NCBI GenBank assembly: GCA_964403585.1
Contig: CAYOFQ010000002.1
Location: 5,667 to 69,666 of the forward strand
Reading direction: 5' to 3'
Origin: an uncultured Gammaproteobacteria bacterium
Lineage (GTDB): Bacteria; Patescibacteriota; Microgenomatia; JALYQM01
Length of the DNA stretch: 64,000 nucleotides
The notes beneath the pieces were generated by a model. That model did not search any database. It was not told the DNA's origin and saw only the letters and a program-made list of their open reading frames with translations. The position numbers were made by a program, and so were the translations under genes. Below are positions 9,058 to 18,404 of the stretch, in pieces. The stretch's first letter is position 1, and every line of letters begins with the position of its first letter.

Positions 9058-10149
9058 TTACGGAAACAAGGTTTCAAACGAAGGACTATGCTCGAGGATT
9101 TCTCGCAGAAAAATATTCTTGGCAAAACGGTCAACTATTCCGGCAGCCGTATCCGTCAGTTCATCAGGCAATCGTCGCATCGTTATGCGTTGGTACATCG
9201 GATGAATCAGCGCGAAACCGTATTCAACAGTTCTCACCGCCAAATTACTAAAACCCATTTCCCGGCATTTCGAACGCAACTGTGCTTTATGTTCACGTAC
9301 AAGCCACTTTGGATCCTCTGTCGGATGTATCGATTGCAGCGCGTTATAGTAGTTTGGTATAGCCAACCGACCATCCAATTCCGCCCCGTTAATATCATCA
9401 TCAATCTGAGCCAACATCGTTGTGTAATGCAACCCCACCAGCGCCCGGCGAGTCCGTGTCACATCGCTACCTGCATCGAAGAAAACTGAATATTTAGCCA
9501 CCATCTCTTCAAAATTTCGCGGCATCTGAGCAAAGTTAAAACCAACTTCTTCTAATACCTGCGGACTCAGTAAAGACAAACAAAACGCCTCATACATAGC
9601 CACATCACAATGGACATGTTGCAGCTGTTGCTCCGGTGTCAGTTCACCTTGGTAGGTTGACAGAAACAAACTATCCCGGGAAAAATGACCAAAAGCAACA
9701 TCAGCTTCTCCACACGGCACTGCCGCAAATTTTTCAAAATACCGTTTGTGCAAACGTTGAGACATCTCTACTAATGCATCTCGATGATCTGTAGCACCGA
9801 CAGCTTTACGCTCAGCCGGTCGGCCAACATCAATATAGTCATTCAAGGCCGTCAGAGCCACCAAATACGCATCCAAGCCGCGCACCCTCTCGGCGATAGT
9901 ACCCTGCAAATAATCGGGGAATAAACATTCCACTGCCGAAACAATCGTCGCCGTCGTTACGGGCAAAGTTAACCCAGGTTCTTTTCGCTTCTCAGCGGCC
10001 ACAACCCGTCCAACTTCAATAAAAGAACTCACACCTTCAGAGAAACTTGCCATATCGCGAATTATACCATTACTAAGCAAAAAAGCATAAATATGATACA
10101 ATCCGTTCTTAATATATGAACGAATTAGTTCGGGAAATTGGATATGCAC
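9058..10149 (-). CDS. hypothetical all-alpha protein, divergently paired with the cytochrome P450
   Basis: 363-aa ORF whose 5' end overlaps the P450 start, so the real start may be internal (e.g. the Met at 10053). Asp-rich stretches (FFDAGSD, IDDDING) are present, but their spacing does not match terpene-synthase DDxxD/NSE motifs. Confidence 0.45.
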   Translation of the reverse strand: MHIQFPELIRSYIKNGLYHIYAFLLSNGIIRDMASFSEGVSSFIEVGRVVAAEKRKEPGLTLPVTTATIVSAVECLFPDYLQGTIAERVRGLDAYLVALTALNDYIDVGRPAERKAVGATDHRDALVEMSQRLHKRYFEKFAAVPCGEADVAFGHFSRDSLFLSTYQGELTPEQQLQHVHCDVAMYEAFCLSLLSPQVLEEVGFNFAQMPRNFEEMVAKYSVFFDAGSDVTRTRRALVGLHYTTMLAQIDDDINGAELDGRLAIPNYYNALQSIHPTEDPKWLVREHKAQLRSKCREMGFSNLAVRTVEYGFALIHPMYQRITMRRLPDELTDTAAGIVDRFAKNIFLREILEHSPSFETLFP

Positions 10150-11567
10150 TCCACAGCAGGATAGCGGTGGAAACCCGCCGCGCCCTGGCGCCTAATCAAA
10201 CTCCGGGGCCTCGGAAACTTAATCCGCTACTCGGATGTTTACCGGAAGTCAGCACAGGACTTCTTGAATATATAGATACCGTCGCGCATCAGTTTCCTGA
10301 AATAGCGTTCTATCATGCCGGCGCTGCTATCTGTCAGGTTACCGATCCTGGGTTGGTGCGGCAAGTGTTGGCAGTGCAGCACGAAAAAACCCAGGCCATA
10401 GTTTTCCCGCGCACGGCCATGCGTTCCACCTTAGGCGAAGGAGTATTATTTAGCCAGGGCACCAAATGGCGCAACTCCCGCGAAGCAATGCAACCACAAT
10501 TTCATCACGGGAAACTGGAAAATTTCGCCGATATTGTCCACTCGGTATTGGATGAAACAGTCGACCAACTCAAATCATACCAAGAAACCGGCGCTACCTT
10601 TGACCTTAACAACGCCATGTCCGAAATGACTTTAAAAATCGTTCTGCGATCACTCTTTTGTCAGGACCTACCGCTGCAGGATTACCGTTCCATCATCGAC
10701 TTCACTATTAGATACAACGAGCTTTTTGTAGATACCCTCACTAAATCTCCTCTCTCACTTGTCAATCTGTTACTGGACAACAAATGGGACAAAAACGTCC
10801 GCAAGCTTCACGATATCGTCGAACAGGCAGATATCATTTTCGACCGGCTTATCGATCACCACCTCGAATATCCGCCCGGAACCTTTGACGACCTCTTATC
10901 ACTATTTATGAATATTCAATTTGAAGGACAACCAAACACACGAGAACAAGTCAAAAACGAAATCCGCACCTTCATACTCGCCGGGCACGACACCTCTGCG
11001 CGAGGTTTAACCTGGCTCTGGTACAACCTTTCTCAAAAACCGGAATGTATCGCCAAACTAACAGGTGAATTACAAGCCACCGGTAAAAACGCGCGCGAAT
11101 TAGGTCCGCATGATCTCAGAGAACTTCCGTACCACCGTGCCACCATTGAAGAAAGCCTGCGACTACACCCGCCTTCTTGGGTAAATTTACGCATGGCCAA
11201 AGAAAACCTGGCCCTAAAAAGTTCGAGCGGTAAGGATTATTTCGTCCCGCGGGGTACATACATTATTGTCAGTCCGTATGGCACCCACCGCAGCCCTGCG
11301 TATTGGGAAAATGCCGAACAATTCAATCCGGAAAGATTTCTTCTGCCGAATAGAAAAACAATCCACCCCGGCGCCTTCTTTCCGTTTGGCGGCGGTCCTC
11401 GTCATTGCATTGGCCAGGGCTTTGCTATGACGGAAATGCAGTTAGCAGTAGCACGACTTAATTCCGAATTTGCTATTCAAATAATTACCGGAGAAGTTGA
11501 ACCAATGGCCTCACTTGTGCTTCGAGCTAAAAACCCCATTATGGCTAAAGTAACACAAAAAGAATAA
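10116..11567 (+). CDS. cytochrome P450 monooxygenase
   Basis: Heme-binding signature FPFGGGPRHCIGQGFA, ExxR (EESLRLHPP) and I-helix AGHDTSA. Confidence 0.85.
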   Translation: MNELVREIGYALHSRIAVETRRALAPNQTPGPRKLNPLLGCLPEVSTGLLEYIDTVAHQFPEIAFYHAGAAICQVTDPGLVRQVLAVQHEKTQAIVFPRTAMRSTLGEGVLFSQGTKWRNSREAMQPQFHHGKLENFADIVHSVLDETVDQLKSYQETGATFDLNNAMSEMTLKIVLRSLFCQDLPLQDYRSIIDFTIRYNELFVDTLTKSPLSLVNLLLDNKWDKNVRKLHDIVEQADIIFDRLIDHHLEYPPGTFDDLLSLFMNIQFEGQPNTREQVKNEIRTFILAGHDTSARGLTWLWYNLSQKPECIAKLTGELQATGKNARELGPHDLRELPYHRATIEESLRLHPPSWVNLRMAKENLALKSSSGKDYFVPRGTYIIVSPYGTHRSPAYWENAEQFNPERFLLPNRKTIHPGAFFPFGGGPRHCIGQGFAMTEMQLAVARLNSEFAIQIITGEVEPMASLVLRAKNPIMAKVTQKE

Positions 11568-11611
11568 CTCACCACTACTTAACTGGATTCTTCTTTGTTA
11601 TTATTAAATCG

Positions 11612-14203
11612 ATGCTTAAGCGACTGCTCACTTTTCTACTGCTTCTATCACTCTCGATATTTATTTTTCCGGGCAAAGTCCACGCGGCGTATTCCCTTGC
11701 TGGAAGCAACTCCTTCACCGGAACCAGCAGCGTCGCCATGCCAATTACAGATTTACAAATTAGTGGCACCGGTACCGAACCAATCAATGTAAAACTATTA
11801 GTTACCAGTGGAACACTTTCCATGTCTACCACCACCGGACTTACCTTCGATGGCAGCTCCAGCGGTTCTACAATCTATTTCAGCGGAACACTTACCAATA
11901 TCAATAACGCCTTAGCAACACTCACCTACACCAGAGCTTCAACCGGAACTGATACACTCGAAGTGTCACTGGTCCCGCGCGGTGAAGTTTTTTTTACAGA
12001 CAATAACCACTTATATAAATTTATCTCCGGAACCATCACCGCCAACAGTGCCCGTACCTCAGCCGCAGCACAAACCGCATACGGGGCCACCGGCTATCTT
12101 GCCACTATCACCTCCCAAGCCGAAAACGATTTCGTTGCAAACCGTCTCCAGGGTGATGGGTGGATCGGTGGCAGCGACGCCACTTCTGAAGGCACTTGGA
12201 AATGGATCACTGGACCTGAAACCGACACAACCTTCTGGTCTGGCGCATCAGGTGGAAGCACCGTAGGTGGCAATTACGCCAACTGGGCCTCCGGCGAACC
12301 AAATGACTGGGGTGGCAACGAAGACTGTATCCAGTTTTATATCACCAGCCGCAACTGGAACGATCTACCTTGCACTGGAAACACCCTTTCCGGGTATGTT
12401 GTCGAGTTTGGAGCACCGGGAGATCTACCCAGTGTCGTCGCCAAAAATATTTCTATCACTACCAGTAACGCACCAACCGTGAACACCTTCAGCCCTCTGG
12501 ATAACGCTACTAATATTTCCACCACCTCCAACCTTACATTGACGTTTAATCAAACTATCACTAAAGGTACGGGGAATATTCTCATTAAAAAAACTTCCGA
12601 CAACTCCACCGTTGAAACCATCGATGTCACCAGCTCGCAGGTTACCGGCCAAAGCACCAGCACTATTACTATCGACCCAAACACTACACTCGATGAAAAC
12701 ACCTCCTATTACATCACTATCCCAAATACCGCTTTTAAAAATGGCAGCAACGCGTTTTATACCGGCATCTCCACAACTACTGGCTGGAATTTTACCACCG
12801 GAGATTTCACTAACCCCGGCTTAAGCAGCATAACTGCCACATCAATTTCTAATTCCGGAGCAACTATCACCTGGGCGTCTACCGAGAGTTCGTCATCCCG
12901 GGTAACCTACGGACTCACGACATCATACGGCACTCAAACCTCCGAAACAGATACCTCTCCACGCGTCACATCTCATTCAGTTGCATTAACCGGTTTACTC
13001 GCCTGCACGACCTATCATTACACTGTCACATCACGCGATGCTTCCTCAAATAGCAGCACTTCCTCAGATAATTCATTTACTACCACCGGCTGTGAGGCTA
13101 GCCAAACTCCAGTCGACACCAACACCGAAACCATAACTACAACAACCGGCGGAACAACTACTCTTGAGGAAAACAACAACGAACTGACCGTCCAGGCACC
13201 GGGCAATTTCACTACTGCCGCATCGTCGGTTGTAATCCAAATCAAAGCAGTCGAAAGTTCACCGGTATTAAGTGCAACCGGTAAACCAACCGAAGTCCCC
13301 TTACCGGTCGGCAATATCGTCTTCGATGTTAAAGCCATTATTAATGGAACAACCGTGTTAGATTCATTTGATCAACCGGTCACGATCACCTACCACTATA
13401 CCGATGCAGATATCGTTGGCATCAAAGAAGAAACGCTCAGACTGTATCATTACCACAATAACACCTGGGAAGAACTCGACTCCTGTTATGTTAACCAGAC
13501 TACCAACACCATTTCCTGCACCACCGACAGTTTCTCAATTTTCGCGCTGTTTGGGAAATCCATCAACAGCCCAACCGCTCAAGTTGCTACAACCAACAAC
13601 GGTCCGGCCACATGCGGCTCATCCGTTCCGTCTACGCCCACACTATTTCAAATTGACGCAGCTCAAACCCAAGCCAAGGTATACCTCTCACCCGTTAGTA
13701 ATCCGGTTACCAACTACTTTATTTCCTACGGATACTCACCAAACGAAGAACGCTTTGGCACCTTCACCAACCTAAACCAGTCTACGGGAGTTCTTTCATA
13801 CACCGTCAACTTTTTAAGTGCCAACACCACCTACTATTTCAAACTACGCGCCTACAACGACTGCATGCCGGGCAATTGGAGTAACGAGATGAAGATCACC
13901 ACCCATAAACGCTTATCCGGCAGCACCGTGTACTATAAAAACTCACCCACACACACGCTCTCGGTTTTCCCCAGCCCGCTCAAAAACATTCCCTCCGTTC
14001 TCATATCGCAAAACAACACCTCCCGCATTCTCGGAGCTACAACCGGCACTACCTGTGAATATACTGTCCAATCGGGTGATTCACTCTGGACCATTGCATC
14101 CCAAAAACTCGGTGCCGGCTGGAAATACCAATCGATCATGGAGCAAAACAATTTAAATTCTACTTTCTTGAAGACAGGCTCCGTCTTAAGAATTGGCTGT
14201 TAA
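11612..14203 (+). CDS. large secreted surface protein with C-type lectin-like domain, Ig-like/FN3 repeats and C-terminal LysM
   Basis: Signal peptide MLKRLLTFLLLLSLSIFIFPGKVHA; a C-type lectin signature (WIGGSD…EGTWKW…WASGEPNDWGGNEDC…WNDLPC); an FN3-like segment (…TITWASTESSSSRVTYG…YHYTV…); a C-terminal LysM (YTVQSGDSLWTIASQKLG…). Confidence 0.75.
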   Translation: MLKRLLTFLLLLSLSIFIFPGKVHAAYSLAGSNSFTGTSSVAMPITDLQISGTGTEPINVKLLVTSGTLSMSTTTGLTFDGSSSGSTIYFSGTLTNINNALATLTYTRASTGTDTLEVSLVPRGEVFFTDNNHLYKFISGTITANSARTSAAAQTAYGATGYLATITSQAENDFVANRLQGDGWIGGSDATSEGTWKWITGPETDTTFWSGASGGSTVGGNYANWASGEPNDWGGNEDCIQFYITSRNWNDLPCTGNTLSGYVVEFGAPGDLPSVVAKNISITTSNAPTVNTFSPLDNATNISTTSNLTLTFNQTITKGTGNILIKKTSDNSTVETIDVTSSQVTGQSTSTITIDPNTTLDENTSYYITIPNTAFKNGSNAFYTGISTTTGWNFTTGDFTNPGLSSITATSISNSGATITWASTESSSSRVTYGLTTSYGTQTSETDTSPRVTSHSVALTGLLACTTYHYTVTSRDASSNSSTSSDNSFTTTGCEASQTPVDTNTETITTTTGGTTTLEENNNELTVQAPGNFTTAASSVVIQIKAVESSPVLSATGKPTEVPLPVGNIVFDVKAIINGTTVLDSFDQPVTITYHYTDADIVGIKEETLRLYHYHNNTWEELDSCYVNQTTNTISCTTDSFSIFALFGKSINSPTAQVATTNNGPATCGSSVPSTPTLFQIDAAQTQAKVYLSPVSNPVTNYFISYGYSPNEERFGTFTNLNQSTGVLSYTVNFLSANTTYYFKLRAYNDCMPGNWSNEMKITTHKRLSGSTVYYKNSPTHTLSVFPSPLKNIPSVLISQNNTSRILGATTGTTCEYTVQSGDSLWTIASQKLGAGWKYQSIMEQNNLNSTFLKTGSVLRIGC

Positions 14204-14755
14204 TACTTTAAAAGTAATGCTTGTTCTCATCGCAGTAGTTTGTTCTACCTTAATTCTCTCGAGCCGTATCTTATCCGCATCGAGGTTATCTAACAATCGA
14301 AGTCCTTTGCCAATCAAAACCGGCATAATATCTACCGACAATTCATCACATAATCCCGCATTGAGACATTGTCGGATCGTATCCGGCCCACCGATTACCT
14401 GAACCATTTTTTCTCCGGCAGCTTTCCTTGCTTTTGCCACAGCACTTTCAATACCATCCGAAACAAACGTTACGCTCAGTCGACCATTTCCTTGAGGATA
14501 CTTTTCAGGAGGAGTATGCGTTAAAATAAACAGCGGAACCTGAAATTCATAATCATCATTAATCCATTCAAACGGATCGGCCATTTCATATACATGCCTG
14601 CCCATTACCACTGCACCGGTGTTTGCAATCATCTCTTGGAATGAATGAACAGTATGCAACTCTTCAAAGTCAGTATACAGTCTATCTACACTGCCGTTAC
14701 TGTCCTGAACAAATCCGTCCAGTGACATCGTCATACCTGCAACTACTTTACTCAT
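14186..14755 (-). CDS. RibD_C / dihydrofolate-reductase-like family protein (YwjB-like)
   Basis: 189 aa; LDGF…GRHVYE…VQVIGGPDTIRQCLNAGLCDEL pattern of the DHFR-like RibD_C family; paralogous to 15392..16000. Confidence 0.7.
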   Translation of the reverse strand: MSKVVAGMTMSLDGFVQDSNGSVDRLYTDFEELHTVHSFQEMIANTGAVVMGRHVYEMADPFEWINDDYEFQVPLFILTHTPPEKYPQGNGRLSVTFVSDGIESAVAKARKAAGEKMVQVIGGPDTIRQCLNAGLCDELSVDIMPVLIGKGLRLLDNLDADKIRLERIKVEQTTAMRTSITFKVLTANS

Positions 14756-14773
14756 AGAGGAATTATACCAAAG

Positions 14774-15205
14774 TTAGGATTTCCACAATATGCGGTCAAT
14801 CGGACCTTTTTGGGACTGTAACTTTATATTCTCATACGACTGCCGCACAATTTGTTCAAGTACTGTCATATCAACATCGCTAAGTCGTTTAATATAAATA
14901 CAATATCCGGTAAGAGTGTGCTTCCCCAACTTCGCCAGTAACACCGAATAACGTGCAGTCCCATCCATCAGGTAAATAGTAATCTTCCCTTTGCGTGGAT
15001 AAAAACCAATCACCAGAGCATCACCTTCCCGGCCACTGTCATATTTGTAATGATACGTATCGAAACCGAGAGTTCCTTCATTCCATTTTTGCGGGATATG
15101 TCCACTTATTCGCTGCATCATCGCCAGTAATTTATGACTGTCTTCAATAGTTTGCGCATCGGTAAGTGAATCAATATAATCTGCAACTGAGCTGTCAGAT
15201 TTCAT
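14774..15205 (-). CDS. DUF1801 domain protein (paralog of 8610..9038)
   Basis: 143 aa with the same conserved blocks (GFYPRKGKITIYL…LAKLGKHTLTGYCIYIKRLSDVDMTVLEQIVRQSYE). Confidence 0.6.
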   Translation of the reverse strand: MKSDSSVADYIDSLTDAQTIEDSHKLLAMMQRISGHIPQKWNEGTLGFDTYHYKYDSGREGDALVIGFYPRKGKITIYLMDGTARYSVLLAKLGKHTLTGYCIYIKRLSDVDMTVLEQIVRQSYENIKLQSQKGPIDRILWKS

Positions 15206-15395
15206 GTATTAGTTTTCCTTTCGTGTCATACTTCATCCACGGTTTCGCCAATTTTCCCGCCACAAAATATCCCGTCTTTAGTTTAGTTGCATCCCTGCGA
15301 TACCATTTCCAATACCCTTCACGTTTTCCATCTTTAAGCTTTCCTATTGCATGAATTGATCCATCTGAATAATACGTAACACTGGAAATCTTCAT
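15195..15395 (-). CDS. MORN-repeat / YwqK-family-like small protein
   Basis: 66 aa with two G-x-EG-W / Y…G-K MORN-like repeats; its ends overlap both neighbours. Confidence 0.45.
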   Translation of the reverse strand: MKISSVTYYSDGSIHAIGKLKDGKREGYWKWYRRDATKLKTGYFVAGKLAKPWMKYDTKGKLIHEI

Positions 15396-16000
15396 AAGAC
15401 ATTGTATCTGATATGTGTCACAAAGCTGGTTCCACTCACTTCAATTGGTTCAAGTTTAAGATTAGGCACTCCTTCGAAAAGTCGTGACCCTGTTCCGATC
15501 GTTACCGGCACAATATGTAACCACAGTTCATCAATAAATCCGCCGGCCAAATATTGATTTATCGTGCTCGCGCCTCCCATAATCTTAACATTCCTATTCC
15601 CGACAGCCTCTTTAGCCTGTGTGAGAGCCGACTCAATACCATCAGTTACAAAGAAAAATGTCGTTCCACCTTCCATATTAATCGGTGCACGCGCTTTATG
15701 AGAAAGCACAAACACCGGAGCATGGTACGGAGGATCGTCACCCCACCACCCCTTCCATTCAGGATTATCACGTCTGTCACGAGGCCCAAACATGTTACTC
15801 CCCATAATAAACGCACCCGCATCAAGAATAGCGTCAATTTCTTTGGTATGTTTATGCTTTTCGGGTTCGGCAAACATCCAGCGATCAAGTAAATCGGCGT
15901 CAAAATTATCTCCAAACGGGTGTTCAAAACTCTGGTTCACACCGGCGCCAAACCCGTCCAAAAAAATAGTCAACCCTGCAGTAACTTTTGTTTTATTCAT
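15392..16000 (-). CDS. RibD_C / dihydrofolate-reductase-like family protein
   Basis: TIFLDGFG…IMGSNMFGP…VKIMGGASTINQYLAGGFIDELWLHIVP. Start placed at the ATG at 16000, which overlaps the upstream stop as ATGA, rather than the extended ORF-track start at 16051. Confidence 0.65.
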   Translation of the reverse strand: MNKTKVTAGLTIFLDGFGAGVNQSFEHPFGDNFDADLLDRWMFAEPEKHKHTKEIDAILDAGAFIMGSNMFGPRDRRDNPEWKGWWGDDPPYHAPVFVLSHKARAPINMEGGTTFFFVTDGIESALTQAKEAVGNRNVKIMGGASTINQYLAGGFIDELWLHIVPVTIGTGSRLFEGVPNLKLEPIEVSGTSFVTHIRYNVL

Positions 16001-16440
16001 AATTCTTGAGCTAGCCCAATGAGAATTCCTTCGGGTCCACGGATATAACAAAGCCGATACGAATGCTCATATTGGACCACTTCACCAACTAGCTGTGCAC
16101 CTTTCTTCTGAAGTCTTGTTAAAGTATCGTCGATATCCTGTACAGTAAACATAACCCGCAAGTAACCAAGCGCATTTACTGGAGCATTCCGATGATCGGC
16201 AATAACAGACGGAGCAATAAAACGCGAAAGCTCCAGGCGACTATGCCCGTCCGGGGTAACCATCATCGCAATCTCTACTCGCTGATTACCCAAACCCGTC
16301 ACTCTTCCGGCCCATTCACCTTCTACCATACCGCGTCCTTCCAGTGTCAGACCGAGTTCGGTAAAAAAGGCAATCGCCTCATCGAGAGACTCCACAACAA
16401 TACCGACGTTATCCATCCGTTTCAAGTTAGATGCGCTCAT
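15997..16440 (-). CDS. VOC-family glyoxalase / bleomycin-resistance-like protein
   Basis: 147 aa; LDHVGIVV-like N-terminus (MDNVGIVVESLDEAIAFF) and the βαβββ-type sequence pattern. Confidence 0.7.
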   Translation of the reverse strand: MSASNLKRMDNVGIVVESLDEAIAFFTELGLTLEGRGMVEGEWAGRVTGLGNQRVEIAMMVTPDGHSRLELSRFIAPSVIADHRNAPVNALGYLRVMFTVQDIDDTLTRLQKKGAQLVGEVVQYEHSYRLCYIRGPEGILIGLAQEL

Positions 16441-16811
16441 CCTTCTACCTCTACCTGAAATCCGCCATACGCCATTCGCTTCATATCTACAGGCATCTCA
16501 AAATCTTTAAAATCCATCTGTCCCATTTCCTCCATAACCTTAGCATTCACTTCATCACGATGTTCTTTTGAGTTAAAAACAATAAACGAAAACCAGACGT
16601 TCTCATCACCACTGGCACCCATAACTTCCGGAAAAGCACGTGACTTCTCATCACCCATTTCCTGAGGAGCAAGTTCACTGCCACGGCATTCATAGTACTC
16701 CAGCGCACCATGCTTCATCCACGACTCCTTACCCATTTCAGCCATTTTCTTGTAGTCCTCCTCTTTACCCTTAGGAACAACCAGTACAAATCCGTCTACA
16801 TATTTTGCCAT
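16437..16811 (-). CDS. DUF1428 (YbaA-like) domain protein
   Basis: 124 aa; MAKYVDGFVLVVPKGKEEDYKKMAE…GALEYYEC is characteristic of DUF1428. Confidence 0.55.
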   Translation of the reverse strand: MAKYVDGFVLVVPKGKEEDYKKMAEMGKESWMKHGALEYYECRGSELAPQEMGDEKSRAFPEVMGASGDENVWFSFIVFNSKEHRDEVNAKVMEEMGQMDFKDFEMPVDMKRMAYGGFQVEVEG

Positions 16812-16845
16812 ATAAAATTCCTTCCTTTTACTAATAAAATATATT

Positions 16846-17331
16846 TTATTCTGAAACCGGACTCCAATTTTTAATATTCTTCATCAATTCCCTACACTCA
16901 TCTCGCAACACTCCGCCAGCAACCGAAATACTTCTGCCATCAAAGGTAACTAATCGCTTACCATGCTCCTCGGCATGATAATCTCTCAACTCATACGGAT
17001 TCGGCTGAACATCTTCTTTGTAAGCACCAAAAACAATCCGGGACACCCCGGACCATCCTGCACAACCAAGACACATCGAACATGATTCTAACGTTGAATA
17101 GAGAGTACACCCGGATAAGTCTAAACTACCAAGTTTTTGGCATGCATTGCGTAAACACTCAGTCTCACCATGAGCAGAGGGATCTTTCTTAGGCCAAACT
17201 AAACTCCATCCGGTAGAAATAACGTCGTCACCCTTTACAAGAATAGCTCCAATCGGCGCACCTCCCGCAGCCTGTGACTTCTTCGCTTCCTCAATAGCTA
17301 ATCTAACATAGTATTCATACTTGTCATTCAT
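16846..17331 (-). CDS. CMP/dCMP-type zinc deaminase (nucleoside / guanine deaminase family)
   Basis: Zinc-binding H(A/G)E (HGETECL) and PCxxC (SCSMCLGC) motifs. Confidence 0.8.
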   Translation of the reverse strand: MNDKYEYYVRLAIEEAKKSQAAGGAPIGAILVKGDDVISTGWSLVWPKKDPSAHGETECLRNACQKLGSLDLSGCTLYSTLESCSMCLGCAGWSGVSRIVFGAYKEDVQPNPYELRDYHAEEHGKRLVTFDGRSISVAGGVLRDECRELMKNIKNWSPVSE

Positions 17332-17403
17332 AATGTAATTATATCGTAGTTGGAAGATTTGAGATAATACTAAAAAAGGGCTTCATAAAGCCCTTAAAAA
17401 TCT

Positions 17404-17421
17404 GCTCCCCGACTGGGACGT
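17404..17421. repeat. 18-nt copy of the 3' end of tRNA-Asn (TGCTCCCCGACTGGGACG); candidate att site
   Basis: Matches 18403..18420 (TGCTCCCCGACTAGGATT) at 15 of 18 positions in direct orientation, about 1 kb from the intact tRNA. Preceded by the hairpin AAGGGCTTCATAAAGCCCTT (17374-17396). Confidence 0.5.
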
Positions 17422-17713
17422 TATTCGGACTGAGATGTACTTGAGAAATTATTTTTTATAGTTTGTTTCGGCTTCTATTTGCCTCATCAGATAGAGATAA
17501 CTCTATGACAAACTACAACACGAGGAAATTATGAAACTATACTTAAAGCAAAAAACTAATTCTTCGACTTTCGTCAAAGCAAGTCTTATGCAATGAGCAT
17601 ATGTTCATCGCTTCCTCGTACTGTAGTTTGTATAAAACCCTTCGATTGTTTCGCGCAATGCGCAAGTACAATTCTTTAGTCGGGAGGGCCAAAGACAAAA
17701 CTTTCAGATGCGA

Positions 17714-18094
17714 CTACTCCGCCCAGGGATCGAAATCAGTTTCGGTAAGTTCTACCACTCGCGGATGCTTCTGCAGCTCGGCAAGTTCGACCTCCGAAAC
17801 GTTTTCGAAGAAACATCCTGCATAAGAGACAACCATTTGGTCATCCCTCATCTGGTTGAGCTCAACAATCGCGTCGGGATAGAGCGGCTGCTCCATTCCA
17901 CCGTGATTTATGAACCACTGCTTCTTACCTTCGGCTACAGCCTCGGCGGGAGTTAACGATCGCGGCACGATGATCCAGCCGTGGCCACAAATCAAGGCTC
18001 CAGCATTGAGCGGGAACTCGTCTTCGAATCGCGAGATCACACAACCCCAATAATTTTTGCCGGCGGTCTGATTGGCGATGTTCGATGCGTTCAT
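17714..18094 (-). CDS. hypothetical protein (GC-richer ORF lying between the tRNA-Asn 3'-end repeats)
   Basis: 126-aa ORF with no recognised motif; sits inside the approximately 1-kb segment bounded by the direct repeats. Confidence 0.45.
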   Translation of the reverse strand: MNASNIANQTAGKNYWGCVISRFEDEFPLNAGALICGHGWIIVPRSLTPAEAVAEGKKQWFINHGGMEQPLYPDAIVELNQMRDDQMVVSYAGCFFENVSEVELAELQKHPRVVELTETDFDPWAE

Positions 18095-18285
18095 TATTTT
18101 TCCCTTTCTTAGCTAAGACTGCTTGCAGCGAAAGTGCTACCGCTTTGTCTTAAAAGACCCTTAATACATTCGAATTTAATCAAATGCATAAAGGGTCTTT
18201 CATTACTAAGAAAGAAGATAAACTACATATTTTGAGGAAGATATAAGCTAAAAAGCTAATCCTCGTGTTGTAAAAGAACACTTAT

Positions 18286-18301
18286 GAGCTCAATTGAGCT
18301 C
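18286..18301. promoter_or_regulatory. Perfect 16-bp palindrome GAGCTCAATTGAGCTC; candidate operator of a recurring AGCTCAA motif family
   Basis: Read directly from the sequence. A near-identical site lies at 24097..24112, and AGCTCAA half-sites recur at 23999-24025, 25128-25150, 25265-25300 and 29213-29226. Confidence 0.4.
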
Positions 18302-18404
18302 AATCTTAATTACATTCATAAGTTCAATTTGAGCTTAGAGTATAACTAAGATATGTTTATTATATCACAAAATAGGGAAAAAGTAAATTACTATAGGTTA
18401 TTTG

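Noticed and set aside
9058-10149. Terpene synthase call for the P450 partner
   Set aside because: The Asp-rich segments (FFDAGSD, IDDDING) are about 35 aa apart and do not match the DDxxD…NSE/DTE spacing of about 140 aa seen in class I terpene cyclases.
12267-13775. Several 64-135-aa ORFs in both orientations inside 11612..14203
   Set aside because: They are alternative frames of the large CTLD/LysM protein gene and their Pro/Ser/Thr-rich low-complexity products are artefacts.
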